Both the position numbers and the translations under genes were made by a program. Below are positions 1 through 8,637 of a stretch of DNA of 32,000 bases, in pieces. The notes under the pieces were generated by a model, which was not told where the DNA came from, ran no database searches, and worked only from the letters and a program-made list of their open reading frames with translations. Source of the stretch: Nitrososphaerota archaeon (GTDB lineage Archaea > Thermoproteota > Nitrososphaeria > Nitrososphaerales > UBA57); the NCBI GenBank assembly GCA_013378385.1, contig JACAFS010000002.1, positions 6,755-38,754 on the forward strand, in the 5' to 3' direction. Every line of letters begins with the position of its first letter. Positions within the stretch are counted from its first letter, which is position 1.

Positions 1-3
1 GGA

Positions 4-684
4 ATGTTTTCAAGGACATTTTTTGGTCAAGTAATTGCATTTATAGGAATTAACGAAAGAAAGGAGACATACAATCCACAAGCAGTAAAGGTAAATGTAA
101 GACAGGTAATGGTCTCAGGTAGAATAATTGCACTGATGACATTGATATCCATCATGTATGTTATAATTTCTATCTCTGGTACAAATAATTTGAATATATT
201 AATTCCGGGGTTGTTGATTAGTTTCGGTATATGTCAGCAAATGGAAGGAGCTTCATTGGACGTAATAACAGAACACATGAGAAATTCAATGGGTTCATGG
301 ACTACAATACTACACATATTTGCAAAGAGAAAGAGAGGAATATATTGGAAAGAGTTCATTGAAGAAACTGAACTTCTATGGGCGCATCCACAAATAAGGC
401 CCATGTCAGGTTCAGAAGAGTCATTAGAGAAGATTGAAAGAAAGATATCAGAAGAGAATTTAATTAAGTACATGAATAAAGGCAGGGATGAGATGAATTA
501 TTATACAAAGATTGAAGATGAATCAAAAAGTAAGAGAAAATTCTTTGATCATGCACTGGGGTGGTTACACAATACACGTGATAAGCACGATGATTTGAAC
601 GAGGTGCAGCAGAGGCTTGGAACTTGGAGTTATGCAATATATTTAGGCATAGGAACAATAATCTGGCTCATACAGCCATTCTAA
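4..684 (+). CDS. hypothetical membrane protein
   Basis: 226-aa ORF. Hydrophobic segments (GRIIALMTLISIMYVIISI, ILIPGLLISFGI, C-terminal WSYAIYLGIGTIIWLI) flank a charged Lys/Glu-rich middle. No family motif recognised. The ATG sits at position 4, so the true start could lie upstream of the window. Confidence 0.4.
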   Translation: MFSRTFFGQVIAFIGINERKETYNPQAVKVNVRQVMVSGRIIALMTLISIMYVIISISGTNNLNILIPGLLISFGICQQMEGASLDVITEHMRNSMGSWTTILHIFAKRKRGIYWKEFIEETELLWAHPQIRPMSGSEESLEKIERKISEENLIKYMNKGRDEMNYYTKIEDESKSKRKFFDHALGWLHNTRDKHDDLNEVQQRLGTWSYAIYLGIGTIIWLIQPF

Positions 685-764
685 CAATATAGCAATTATT
701 ATACACAATAATCAAATCATATAGACTACCTACATTATCGAGTAATTATTAGGTATAATTGATA

Positions 765-1661
765 ATGCTAAATAGTGTTTCAAAGAATACGCCTAAAGAG
801 ATACTGAATATGGATTATTCTGCACATTTGGAAACAGCCAGTGCAGAAGGAACATATCATGACTATAACAGATTAAACAACTTAACGGGTAAAGAATGGA
901 TAAAATTTCAGAAGAGTTGGTTCATAATTAATCCTAAATCGAGACAGAAAAATGTGTTATTGCATCCTGCAAAGTTCCCTGAAGAATTAATTGAAAATTT
1001 TATAAAATTCTTTACAAAAGAAGGTCAGACAGTATTAGATCCAATGGTTGGAACAGGAAGTACGTTAATAGCGGCTATGAATACAAACAGAAATGCAATA
1101 GGAATTGAATTGTCTAAGAAGTATGCAGATGTAGCGTTACAGAGAGTAAATAGTAGAACGCAAGAAATTACTGAACATGAGAATAAAAAGAATGTGAAAC
1201 TATACAAAGGTGATGCAAGACTTGTAGACAGAATCAATATGTCGGATATTGACTTTTGTATAACTTCGCCTCCATATTGGGACATGTTACGTGAAAAGGG
1301 GTTTGAGACACAAAAGACCAGACAGGAAAAAAATTATGATTTATATTATTCTGAGAATCAACAAGATGTGGGAAATATAGACGATTATATGAAATTTGTT
1401 GATGAGTTAAATGATATTTATTCGAAAGTACACAAGATAATGAAAAAAGGAGGATATCTAACAGTTATTGTCAAGAATATCAAGAAAGGCGGAAAGATAT
1501 ATCCACTAGCATGGGATCTTGCAAGAAAACTGGATTGTTTTACATTGAAAGATGAGAAAATATGGTGTCAAGACAATGTAAAATTAGCACCTTATGGTTA
1601 TGGGTACTCATGGGTGAGTAATACGGTTCACCATTATTGTTTAATTTTTAAGAAAGAATAA
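765..1661 (+). CDS. N4/N6 amino-methyltransferase (SPPY type, probably DNA N4-cytosine or N6-adenine)
   Basis: HPAKFPEELIENFI followed by the AdoMet motif I DPMVGTGST, then motif IV ITSPPYWD about 70 aa later. ATG at 765; the ORF track starts at an in-frame TTG at 759. Confidence 0.8.
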   Translation: MLNSVSKNTPKEILNMDYSAHLETASAEGTYHDYNRLNNLTGKEWIKFQKSWFIINPKSRQKNVLLHPAKFPEELIENFIKFFTKEGQTVLDPMVGTGSTLIAAMNTNRNAIGIELSKKYADVALQRVNSRTQEITEHENKKNVKLYKGDARLVDRINMSDIDFCITSPPYWDMLREKGFETQKTRQEKNYDLYYSENQQDVGNIDDYMKFVDELNDIYSKVHKIMKKGGYLTVIVKNIKKGGKIYPLAWDLARKLDCFTLKDEKIWCQDNVKLAPYGYGYSWVSNTVHHYCLIFKKE

Positions 1662-1685
1662 TCTCATTAAGTAATATGATATTTT

Positions 1686-1772
1686 GCCCCAGTAGCTCAG
1701 ATCGGCCAGAGCGACTAAATAATGTCGAACCTCGTAAGTAGTAGGTCCTGGGTTCAAATCCCAGCTGGGGCT
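1686..1772 (+). tRNA. tRNA-Thr(CGU) with a 12-nt intron in the anticodon stem
   Basis: Acceptor GCCCCAG/CTGGGGC, D arm GCTC..GAGC, T arm CTGGG-TTCAAAT-CCCAG, discriminator T. There are 34 nt between position 26 and the T stem instead of 22. Removing AATAATGTCGAA (about 1718-1729) gives the perfect stem ACTAC/GTAGT and loop CTCGTAA. No encoded CCA. Confidence 0.85.
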
Positions 1773-1775
1773 TGA

Positions 1776-1783
1776 TTTATATA
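1776..1783 (+). promoter_or_regulatory. TATA-box-like element upstream of the Ni/Co transporter gene
   Basis: TTTATATA is centred about 27 nt upstream of the ATG at 1807. The spacing implies a leaderless or very short-leader mRNA. Confidence 0.35.
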
Positions 1784-1806
1784 GATAACAAACACGGTAT
1801 TTAGAT

Positions 1807-2505
1807 ATGGAATTATTCAGTTTTGCTATTCTTGCATTCATCATGGGGATAAAACATGCATTTGACGCAGATCATATATTGATAGTGTCAAATTTTTTAT
1901 CTAGAACAAAGAGACTTGATGAAACACTTAACATTAGTTTGAGTTGGGGAATTGGACACATGTTAGCTGCAGGAATTATGACGTTAATTATTTTTTACAA
2001 TAGGAGTTCTATTCCGGTTATTATGTTATTAGAAAATTTTGAGATAATTATAGCGTCAATAATGATAGTGATGGGAATAATTAGTTTAACAATAGGAGTT
2101 CCTTTACGACATAAACATGAACACAAACATGATGGAATTAAACATGAACATGTTCATACGCATCGAGTTGGAGGATTTATAAATAAAGATTTGAAATCGC
2201 ATCATGCGTCGTTTGGAGTAGGAATAATACATGGACTGGCAAGTAATGATGAGCTATTTATTATTCTAATATTAGGATTAGGAATTGGTTCAATCACCAC
2301 CTTACTTGGTGCGCTATTGTTATTCTCAACTGGAGTAGTATTGGGAATGATTGCATTCAGCATATTATTATTGAAATTTTCTGGAATTTTTACGAAGAAT
2401 TTCAGATTAATTCTGAATTATGGATTTGGAATATCAGCAATAATATATGGATTATATTTATTCAACATAAATACAAATTTGGAAATAATCAATTATCTAC
2501 TCTAA
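1807..2505 (+). CDS. NicO/NiCoT-family nickel/cobalt transporter
   Basis: Polytopic membrane protein with the HAFDADH signature (HX4DH) in the first helix and a central His-rich loop RHKHEHKHDGIKHEHVHTH. Confidence 0.75.
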   Translation: MELFSFAILAFIMGIKHAFDADHILIVSNFLSRTKRLDETLNISLSWGIGHMLAAGIMTLIIFYNRSSIPVIMLLENFEIIIASIMIVMGIISLTIGVPLRHKHEHKHDGIKHEHVHTHRVGGFINKDLKSHHASFGVGIIHGLASNDELFIILILGLGIGSITTLLGALLLFSTGVVLGMIAFSILLLKFSGIFTKNFRLILNYGFGISAIIYGLYLFNINTNLEIINYLL

Positions 2506-5382
2506 GAAAATTGCAGGCCGCATAGGTCTAGAATAGATAGAGCGATTTCGTGGATCGTAGATTTTTGAATCGTCTTCAGAGTATAAATCGACTTGAATAT
2601 TGTTTTGGGTCTTATAGAATGATTTTAGGTCTTCAAGAATTTGAGTTTCGTTTAATTTACCAATACTTAGAATACGTGATTTTGAAGATGAATCCATAGT
2701 AGACAACTCTTTGAACAGTACCTGACAGAATTTTGGTATGTGTTTCTTGAATTCAGAATAATCAGGGTTGTTTAAACTGCTTTCAATTAGATCCTTGAGA
2801 AGAAGTTGTTCTTGTTTCAATGCATGCAAAAAGATATTCCATTTCCAGTTAGCGGGAATATATATGCAGATTCTTTGTGTCTGAATTTTTGTGACTTTGA
2901 GTATATTATTAATATCTTCAACTGTATTTTTAATTAAGTCTTCAGATAATTCAGAATTCTCGTCAATTAGATTTGTGTCAGGAATAGGCCAGTCTTCAAG
3001 AGTAATTGAGCCTTCATGTCCAAGAGTCTCCCAAGTCTCTTCACAGAAATGAGGTGCAAAGGGAGCAAGTAATTTTATTCTAGTCTCAAAGAAATATTTT
3101 AAGAATGAATTCTGATCTTCGGTAGAAAGAGTAGTTCTTCTATTATACCATTGTAAATCAATATCAAGGAGATAGATTATGTTATGGAGAGATTCTCTTA
3201 CACGAAGTTTGTTCATCGAGTCAGTAGTAATCTGAATTGACCTTTGTAATCTACTCAACAACCATTTTTCAATAGAATGTGCCTGTGTTACATCATAATC
3301 AGATGCAGATTTGATTTCGTGTATAAGATTATGCATTTTATTAAGTCGCTCAGTAAATGATTTTACTAATTCTAGACTAAAATCAGCATCTTGTAACAAT
3401 TCTGCAGCGGACATAATTCCAAGGCGTATAGGATCTGCCCCGTATGTTTTTACTGCTTGACGAAGAGGAATTATATTTCCGAATGATTTAGACATTTTTT
3501 TACCATCCATGAGTACAGAGCCATTAACAACAATTTGTTGTGGCCAATGATTCTTAGGAAATATAGCAGAATGATTGAAAATAAAGAATGTTAAATGGTT
3601 TGGAACGAGATCACGTCCAGAATGTCTGCTGTCAAGAGGATAGAAATACAAGAATTCAGTTCGTAGGTCGTCGATAATATTTTTACTGATATTTGTATTT
3701 GCAGAAACTAATTCCGAGCTACCCAGACCTAACAATATATAATCAAAGAATTCTTCGGAGAGATTTGAAGAATCAAGAGTATGTTCTTTGATAAGTCTAG
3801 ACAAAGTATAGTATGCCATATAGATTACAGAATCAGACAGACTTTCTATAATCCAGTCAGAATCCCAAGGTAATTTTGTACCAAGACCTGAGTTTCGCGC
3901 ACATGCTTTTTCATGAAGCCAATCAACAGTATTATGGAATTCAACAGTGATTTCACTAGGTACTAATGACATATCATTGATTGAAGAATGTGCTTTTTCT
4001 TTCCAATCAGGTTTTCCATAGTCGATGAACCATTGATTTTCGAACATTTTTATTATGCATTCAGTTCCACATCTACATATAACAGGACTGTTCATTATTT
4101 CATATAATTTACTAGCAATACCAAGTTGAATAAGGTCGATTTTCACTTTTTCTTTTGCTTGTTTAACAGAAAGATTTGCATAATCTCCTGCAATATCAAT
4201 CATTTTACCAGAATTAAATTCAAGAGTATAAAGTTCTTTCGTTGCATCCACAAGTTTAGAATCATCTTGGTTCTTTATACTCAAGTCAGAAACTATTTGT
4301 TTAGCAGGAGTATTGTCGTATCTTGGAGTTTTTATTACGTCAATAGGAGCAAGATTAGTTGTATCAATATCAGGGTATTTACTAAGTAGACTATGGTCCC
4401 GTGTGAAATCAACAATTGCTTGATAATCATAAGGAGCATGTGAGGGTACAGACATGACAAGTCCAGTCCCATTTTTAGAATTGACAAAAGTGGCAGGCAA
4501 TAATTGGATTTTCATGTGTGTAAACGGGTTTTCAGTCCATTTACCAATCAAAGAATTTCCTGAGATTGCCTCAGTAGATGAATTTTCTTCTATAAGATGT
4601 TCAAATTTAAACATCGAATCACTGCTGACAATCCATTTTTCATTGTTTAGTGAAATTTTTACATATTCAATGTCAGGATTAATCCAGATATTGGTAACGC
4701 CAAATATAGTTTCTGGACGAAGTGTTGCGGCAACTAGTTTTGCATCGTCAAAAGCAAATTTGATAATAGTATATTCGCCGATATCAGGTTCAATATCTCC
4801 TAGTGTGTCGTGTTGACCAACAGGGTTACCGTCTTTAGGACACCATCCAACAGGATGGCTACCTCGGGTAATAAAACCACCTGAATTTAGTTTTTTAAAT
4901 TGCCATTCAATAAATTTACTATATTGTGTATCAATAGTAGTAAATTCACGTCGCCAATCAATTGAATAACCCATCTCAATCATTCCTTGTTTGATTTCAT
5001 CATGGAAATATTGTGCAATTTTTTTAGGTTCGTCGAGTTGTTTAATTACAGACATTGGAATATTGTAAACATCTTGAAATGCACTTAATAGTTCAGGGTC
5101 ATTTTCGGCAAGTCTTTTCGTCATTGCAAGAATAGGAGTTCCAGTATAATGGAATGCCATAGGAAACAATACATTAAATCCAAGCATCCTTTTGTATCGA
5201 GCATAAACATCAGTGAGAGTGTAGGTTCGCCCATGTCCTATATGTTGCGGAGAATTTGGGTAAGGATATGCAACAGTGAGAAAGAACTTTGGTTTATCAG
5301 GATCCACATTAGTATTGTGAAGAGAAGAATTTTCCCATTTAGTTCTCCATTTATGTTCAATGTCAGACCAATTAATTGTCAA
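2497..5382 (-). CDS. leuS: leucyl-tRNA synthetase (archaeal type)
   Basis: 961 aa with a HIGH motif (PQHIGHGRTY), a KMSKS motif (GKKMSKSFGN) and the LeuRS-typical FPMAFHYTGTPI. Confidence 0.95.
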   Translation of the reverse strand: MTINWSDIEHKWRTKWENSSLHNTNVDPDKPKFFLTVAYPYPNSPQHIGHGRTYTLTDVYARYKRMLGFNVLFPMAFHYTGTPILAMTKRLAENDPELLSAFQDVYNIPMSVIKQLDEPKKIAQYFHDEIKQGMIEMGYSIDWRREFTTIDTQYSKFIEWQFKKLNSGGFITRGSHPVGWCPKDGNPVGQHDTLGDIEPDIGEYTIIKFAFDDAKLVAATLRPETIFGVTNIWINPDIEYVKISLNNEKWIVSSDSMFKFEHLIEENSSTEAISGNSLIGKWTENPFTHMKIQLLPATFVNSKNGTGLVMSVPSHAPYDYQAIVDFTRDHSLLSKYPDIDTTNLAPIDVIKTPRYDNTPAKQIVSDLSIKNQDDSKLVDATKELYTLEFNSGKMIDIAGDYANLSVKQAKEKVKIDLIQLGIASKLYEIMNSPVICRCGTECIIKMFENQWFIDYGKPDWKEKAHSSINDMSLVPSEITVEFHNTVDWLHEKACARNSGLGTKLPWDSDWIIESLSDSVIYMAYYTLSRLIKEHTLDSSNLSEEFFDYILLGLGSSELVSANTNISKNIIDDLRTEFLYFYPLDSRHSGRDLVPNHLTFFIFNHSAIFPKNHWPQQIVVNGSVLMDGKKMSKSFGNIIPLRQAVKTYGADPIRLGIMSAAELLQDADFSLELVKSFTERLNKMHNLIHEIKSASDYDVTQAHSIEKWLLSRLQRSIQITTDSMNKLRVRESLHNIIYLLDIDLQWYNRRTTLSTEDQNSFLKYFFETRIKLLAPFAPHFCEETWETLGHEGSITLEDWPIPDTNLIDENSELSEDLIKNTVEDINNILKVTKIQTQRICIYIPANWKWNIFLHALKQEQLLLKDLIESSLNNPDYSEFKKHIPKFCQVLFKELSTMDSSSKSRILSIGKLNETQILEDLKSFYKTQNNIQVDLYSEDDSKIYDPRNRSIYSRPMRPAIFLE

Positions 5383-5391
5383 AAAATCACC

Positions 5392-8118
5392 TTATTCTGC
5401 ATTGACAATGGATTGAACTGTATTAATAATTGTATTATGGTCGGAAATTTTAGAACAGCCACCTTGGGCAAAACGGTCAGTTCCTCCGCCAGAACCACCA
5501 AAGGCCTTTGAGATTTGACGTGCTAAATCCACTGCTTTGTACTTTTGATTGATTTTTTCTCCGCAGAAAACAAATAATCTTGAACTTTTATCCGTGTTTA
5601 GGATTCCAACATAAATGAGGTTATTAATTTTATTAATACAATGTTCCCCAACAAGAATATGAAAGTCCTCGTCTACATGATTCCAATCAAGTATTGATAA
5701 TGAAGCATCGGAGATTTTAACAGATGAAGAATTAAGATGATTGCATATAATATCAGCAAGGTGATTTTTGATGAGAGATTTTGAATCTCTTTTAATCGCA
5801 TCATTATCAAGAATTAAGTCATCTACAGTTTGATTGAGTTTATCAATTGGAACAGAAAGGTTGTTACTAATTGAATCCAATAATTCATTTTGTTTTTGTA
5901 TATAGTCGATTGCAGTCTCGCCAGCGACATATTCTAATCGTTCTACGCCATCTTGTATTCTTTCGTTTTTAATAATTTTAATTATACCAAGTTCACCCGT
6001 ACTAGATACATGAGTACCTGCACAGGCTTCAACATCCCAAGTTTCAATCTCTTGTACACGAATATTTTTACCCGGGGCAATTCCACCTTGATAAATTGAG
6101 AAACCGTATTTGCTTTCTGCTTCACCTCTATCCAATACTAATTTGTGTACGGGTAAATTCTGCCTAATCGCATAATTTGCTAATTTTTCAATCTTTTCAA
6201 TTTGTTGTAATGATAAATGTTCGAAATGTGTTATATCGAGACGAGCTTTATCCACGTCTTTGAAAGCAGAGGATTGCCAGACCCATGAACCAAGTGCTCT
6301 CTTAGCAGCTCCTAACATAACATGAGTTGCAGTGTGGTGACGAGTAAGGATTTCTCTACGATGTTGATCAATTTTTCCCTTAATCACCGTACCTTCTTTA
6401 ATATCTATTTTATTAATTTTATGTAGAATTACTTGGCCATATTTTTCAACATCAAGAACTTTATGATTATCTAAAGTGCCAGAATCTGGTTCTTGACCAC
6501 CTGCACGTGCATAGAATGCAGTTTGATCTAATACAACGAATGAATGTTTTGAATCATTAAACACTTTAAGTACACGTCCTTCGAATTCAGCAAGGTCTTG
6601 ATTTTCATAGAACAGCGGACGAGTTTCATCTATTTCATCTATGTCAAAGTTACGTTTTGGTTTTTCAGTTTTATTCAAAATATGTTTTTCAGTAACTTTT
6701 GCGTAGAAATTGGCAGGTATGTCAATTTTCATACCTTGATCTCGAATAAATTCAGGAGTAATTCCATCAGAATCGTATAATTTTATCAGTGTTTCTTCAT
6801 CAACTACCTGGTTTGATTTATTCATATTAGAAACAATTTTCTTGATTCTTTCCTGGGTGTTATCATAACGTTGTTCTTCAACTTCAAGAATTTTCAATAT
6901 TTCATTCCTATGTTCTTTAAGTTCAGGATAAATTTGTGATAAATAGTCAATATGCCAATCTGCAATCTCCCCTAATTCAACATTCCATTTTTGTGAGTGG
7001 ATTTTAGATAGAGATCGTCTAAGTAGAACTCGAAGATTATAACCGCCGCCAACATTACTAGGTAAAGCGCCATCACTGATAGCAAAAACAAGAGTTTTTA
7101 CATGGTCAAGAACAGCAAACATTGATTCAAAAGGAGTAACTTTTTCAATTAATTCATCAGTATCGACCCCCAGTTTCTCCGCAACTTGTTTACGAGTAAG
7201 TTCAATATCAGAGACTTCGTCTAAATTCAGCATGCCAGAAAATTTTGAATAATTTTCAAAGAAATCTTGATCGTAAACAATATTACATTTGTCAATCATA
7301 TTTTTAATAGCGCTGCCAAATACTGATTCATATGCTGTAGGAGTTCCTTGTGTTAACCAACTAAATCTTTCTAGTCCAGCACCCATATCAATAATTTTAT
7401 CATCCATAGTTTTGTAGTTAGTTGGATCGCCTTCAAATTGGGTAAATACAGCATTTCCTAATTCCAATCCACGAACATAATATTCTAATGAATATCCAAA
7501 AGCTCCATAGCCAACCCAAACATCTTCTTTGAAAACAATTTCTTTTTTAGGAATGCCAAATACATTTGTTAATAACCCATAATCAAGATCAATACATTCA
7601 TTTTTCCAATATCCAGTATCATTAGCAACACAATGTTGACCAATCATTACGAAAGATGTGAAATGTTTACCGCTAACTCCGACATTTTCGATGTCATTGA
7701 ATCGTAAACACATCTGGGGAATGATTAAGGGATTCTCTGGGAATTCGAATGCAATTTTACCACCTTCAATTCTCTGAAAATCAACAATTGAAGCAATAGT
7801 GAAATATAAATCAGGTCTCCACCTAGCAACCACAGGGTATCGATTTACACTAGAATGTCCATGATCAATGAAATATTCTTCAATGGCTTTCCAGCATTGT
7901 GCATAATCGAGTTTTTTTGATGTAGGAGAATTACCAATAAAGCCATATTGCTCACAAGGTTGTTCAGGACAAGTTAAACGAGATTCATCTGCAGTCCAGA
8001 AAAAATTATCGCAATTTGAGCATTGTTTTCGACTAAAACCTTCTGTTTCGAATAAATTTACATCATAATAATTCTTATAATCAGAAGAAAATTTCTTCCG
8101 AAGAAGGTCTTTATTCAT
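5392..8118 (-). CDS. alaS: alanyl-tRNA synthetase (archaeal type)
   Basis: 908 aa with an N-terminal Cys-rich segment (CSNCDNFFW...CPEQPC) and editing-domain motifs HHTATHVM and CAGTHV. It lies 9 nt upstream of leuS on the same strand. Confidence 0.95.
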   Translation of the reverse strand: MNKDLLRKKFSSDYKNYYDVNLFETEGFSRKQCSNCDNFFWTADESRLTCPEQPCEQYGFIGNSPTSKKLDYAQCWKAIEEYFIDHGHSSVNRYPVVARWRPDLYFTIASIVDFQRIEGGKIAFEFPENPLIIPQMCLRFNDIENVGVSGKHFTSFVMIGQHCVANDTGYWKNECIDLDYGLLTNVFGIPKKEIVFKEDVWVGYGAFGYSLEYYVRGLELGNAVFTQFEGDPTNYKTMDDKIIDMGAGLERFSWLTQGTPTAYESVFGSAIKNMIDKCNIVYDQDFFENYSKFSGMLNLDEVSDIELTRKQVAEKLGVDTDELIEKVTPFESMFAVLDHVKTLVFAISDGALPSNVGGGYNLRVLLRRSLSKIHSQKWNVELGEIADWHIDYLSQIYPELKEHRNEILKILEVEEQRYDNTQERIKKIVSNMNKSNQVVDEETLIKLYDSDGITPEFIRDQGMKIDIPANFYAKVTEKHILNKTEKPKRNFDIDEIDETRPLFYENQDLAEFEGRVLKVFNDSKHSFVVLDQTAFYARAGGQEPDSGTLDNHKVLDVEKYGQVILHKINKIDIKEGTVIKGKIDQHRREILTRHHTATHVMLGAAKRALGSWVWQSSAFKDVDKARLDITHFEHLSLQQIEKIEKLANYAIRQNLPVHKLVLDRGEAESKYGFSIYQGGIAPGKNIRVQEIETWDVEACAGTHVSSTGELGIIKIIKNERIQDGVERLEYVAGETAIDYIQKQNELLDSISNNLSVPIDKLNQTVDDLILDNDAIKRDSKSLIKNHLADIICNHLNSSSVKISDASLSILDWNHVDEDFHILVGEHCINKINNLIYVGILNTDKSSRLFVFCGEKINQKYKAVDLARQISKAFGGSGGGTDRFAQGGCSKISDHNTIINTVQSIVNAE

Positions 8119-8213
8119 ATTAAGTAAAGATAGTAATTTTCACATATTAATAGCTCTATCTACCCATAGAGAAGTCAAAAATAGGAAAATTATATAATTT
8201 TTAGAAATATTTT

Positions 8214-8228
8214 AAACCTTATATATAT
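8214..8228 (+). promoter_or_regulatory. BRE/TATA-like promoter for the P1 gene
   Basis: AAACCTTATATATAT sits about 30 nt upstream of the ATG at 8255. Confidence 0.35.
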
Positions 8229-8254
8229 GAAAAAAAAATTGTATCGTTATACAA

Positions 8255-8566
8255 ATGGAATACATTTATGCGGCTTTGCTTTTGCATAAGCTTGAACAAA
8301 AAATTGATGAAGATACTGTGAAAAAAGTAATTACATCAACAGGTGTAGAACCTGATGAAGTTAAGGTCAAGGCATTAGTATCGGCATTAAGTGAAGTAGA
8401 TATTGAAGATGCTTTAAAGAATGCAGCTACTACAGTGACGGCAGCTCCTGCAGCAGCACCAGCAGAATCATCTGGTGAGGCAAAAGCAGAAGATAAACCA
8501 GCTGAAGAGAAAGATGAAAAGAAAGAAGAAGAAGCCATGGAAGGCTTAGCCAGTTTATTCGGTTAA
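8255..8566 (+). CDS. rpl12: ribosomal stalk protein P1 (L12e)
   Basis: MEYIYAALLLH N-terminus, an Ala/Pro hinge, an acidic Lys/Glu region and the conserved tail EEEAMEGLASLFG. Confidence 0.9.
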   Translation: MEYIYAALLLHKLEQKIDEDTVKKVITSTGVEPDEVKVKALVSALSEVDIEDALKNAATTVTAAPAAAPAESSGEAKAEDKPAEEKDEKKEEEAMEGLASLFG

Positions 8567-8571
8567 ACTAA

Positions 8572-8637
8572 AATTCTTAATTAAACTTTTTAATCTGAAT
8601 TCTTAATTAAACTTCTCAATCTGAATTCTTAATTAAC
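8572..8637. repeat. 26-bp direct tandem repeat, 2.5 copies
   Basis: AATTCTTAATTAAACTTTTTAATCTG (8572-8597), AATTCTTAATTAAACTTCTCAATCTG (8598-8623) and the partial AATTCTTAATTAAC (8624-8637). Each unit contains GAATTC and TTAATTAA palindromes. The last copy supplies the final codons and the stop of P0. Confidence 0.9.

Noticed and set aside
759-1661. A complete restriction-modification or other defence system built around either methyltransferase (also 19653-20939).
   Set aside because: No neighbouring ORF has nuclease, helicase, ATPase or specificity-subunit features. The flanks are a membrane protein, a tRNA, a HEAT protein and a TrmB regulator. Only orphan methyltransferases can be supported.
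1-1772. An integrated mobile element inserted at tRNA-Thr, carrying the methyltransferase and the hypothetical membrane protein.
   Set aside because: No integrase, no visible duplication of the tRNA 3' end and no obvious compositional shift within the window. The region upstream of position 1 is unseen, so this cannot be supported.
1641-1844. ORFs overlapping the tRNA genes (1641-1844 minus; 25011-25247 minus; 25213-25482 plus).
   Set aside because: They are read through or antisense to clear tRNA structures and adjacent genes, and show no protein motifs.
8154-8171. Short inverted repeats in divergent promoter spacers: CTCTAT-N6-ATAGAG at 8154-8171 and CTTAAT-N6-ATTAAG at 13844-13861.
   Set aside because: Six-bp arms in very AT-rich DNA are expected by chance, and there is no second copy or other supporting evidence.
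8572-8637. The 26-bp repeats could be a miniature CRISPR array.
   Set aside because: The copies are directly adjacent with no spacers. There are only 2.5 copies, no cas genes in the window, and the unit is AT-rich with simple palindromes. It is a tandem duplication, not a CRISPR array.
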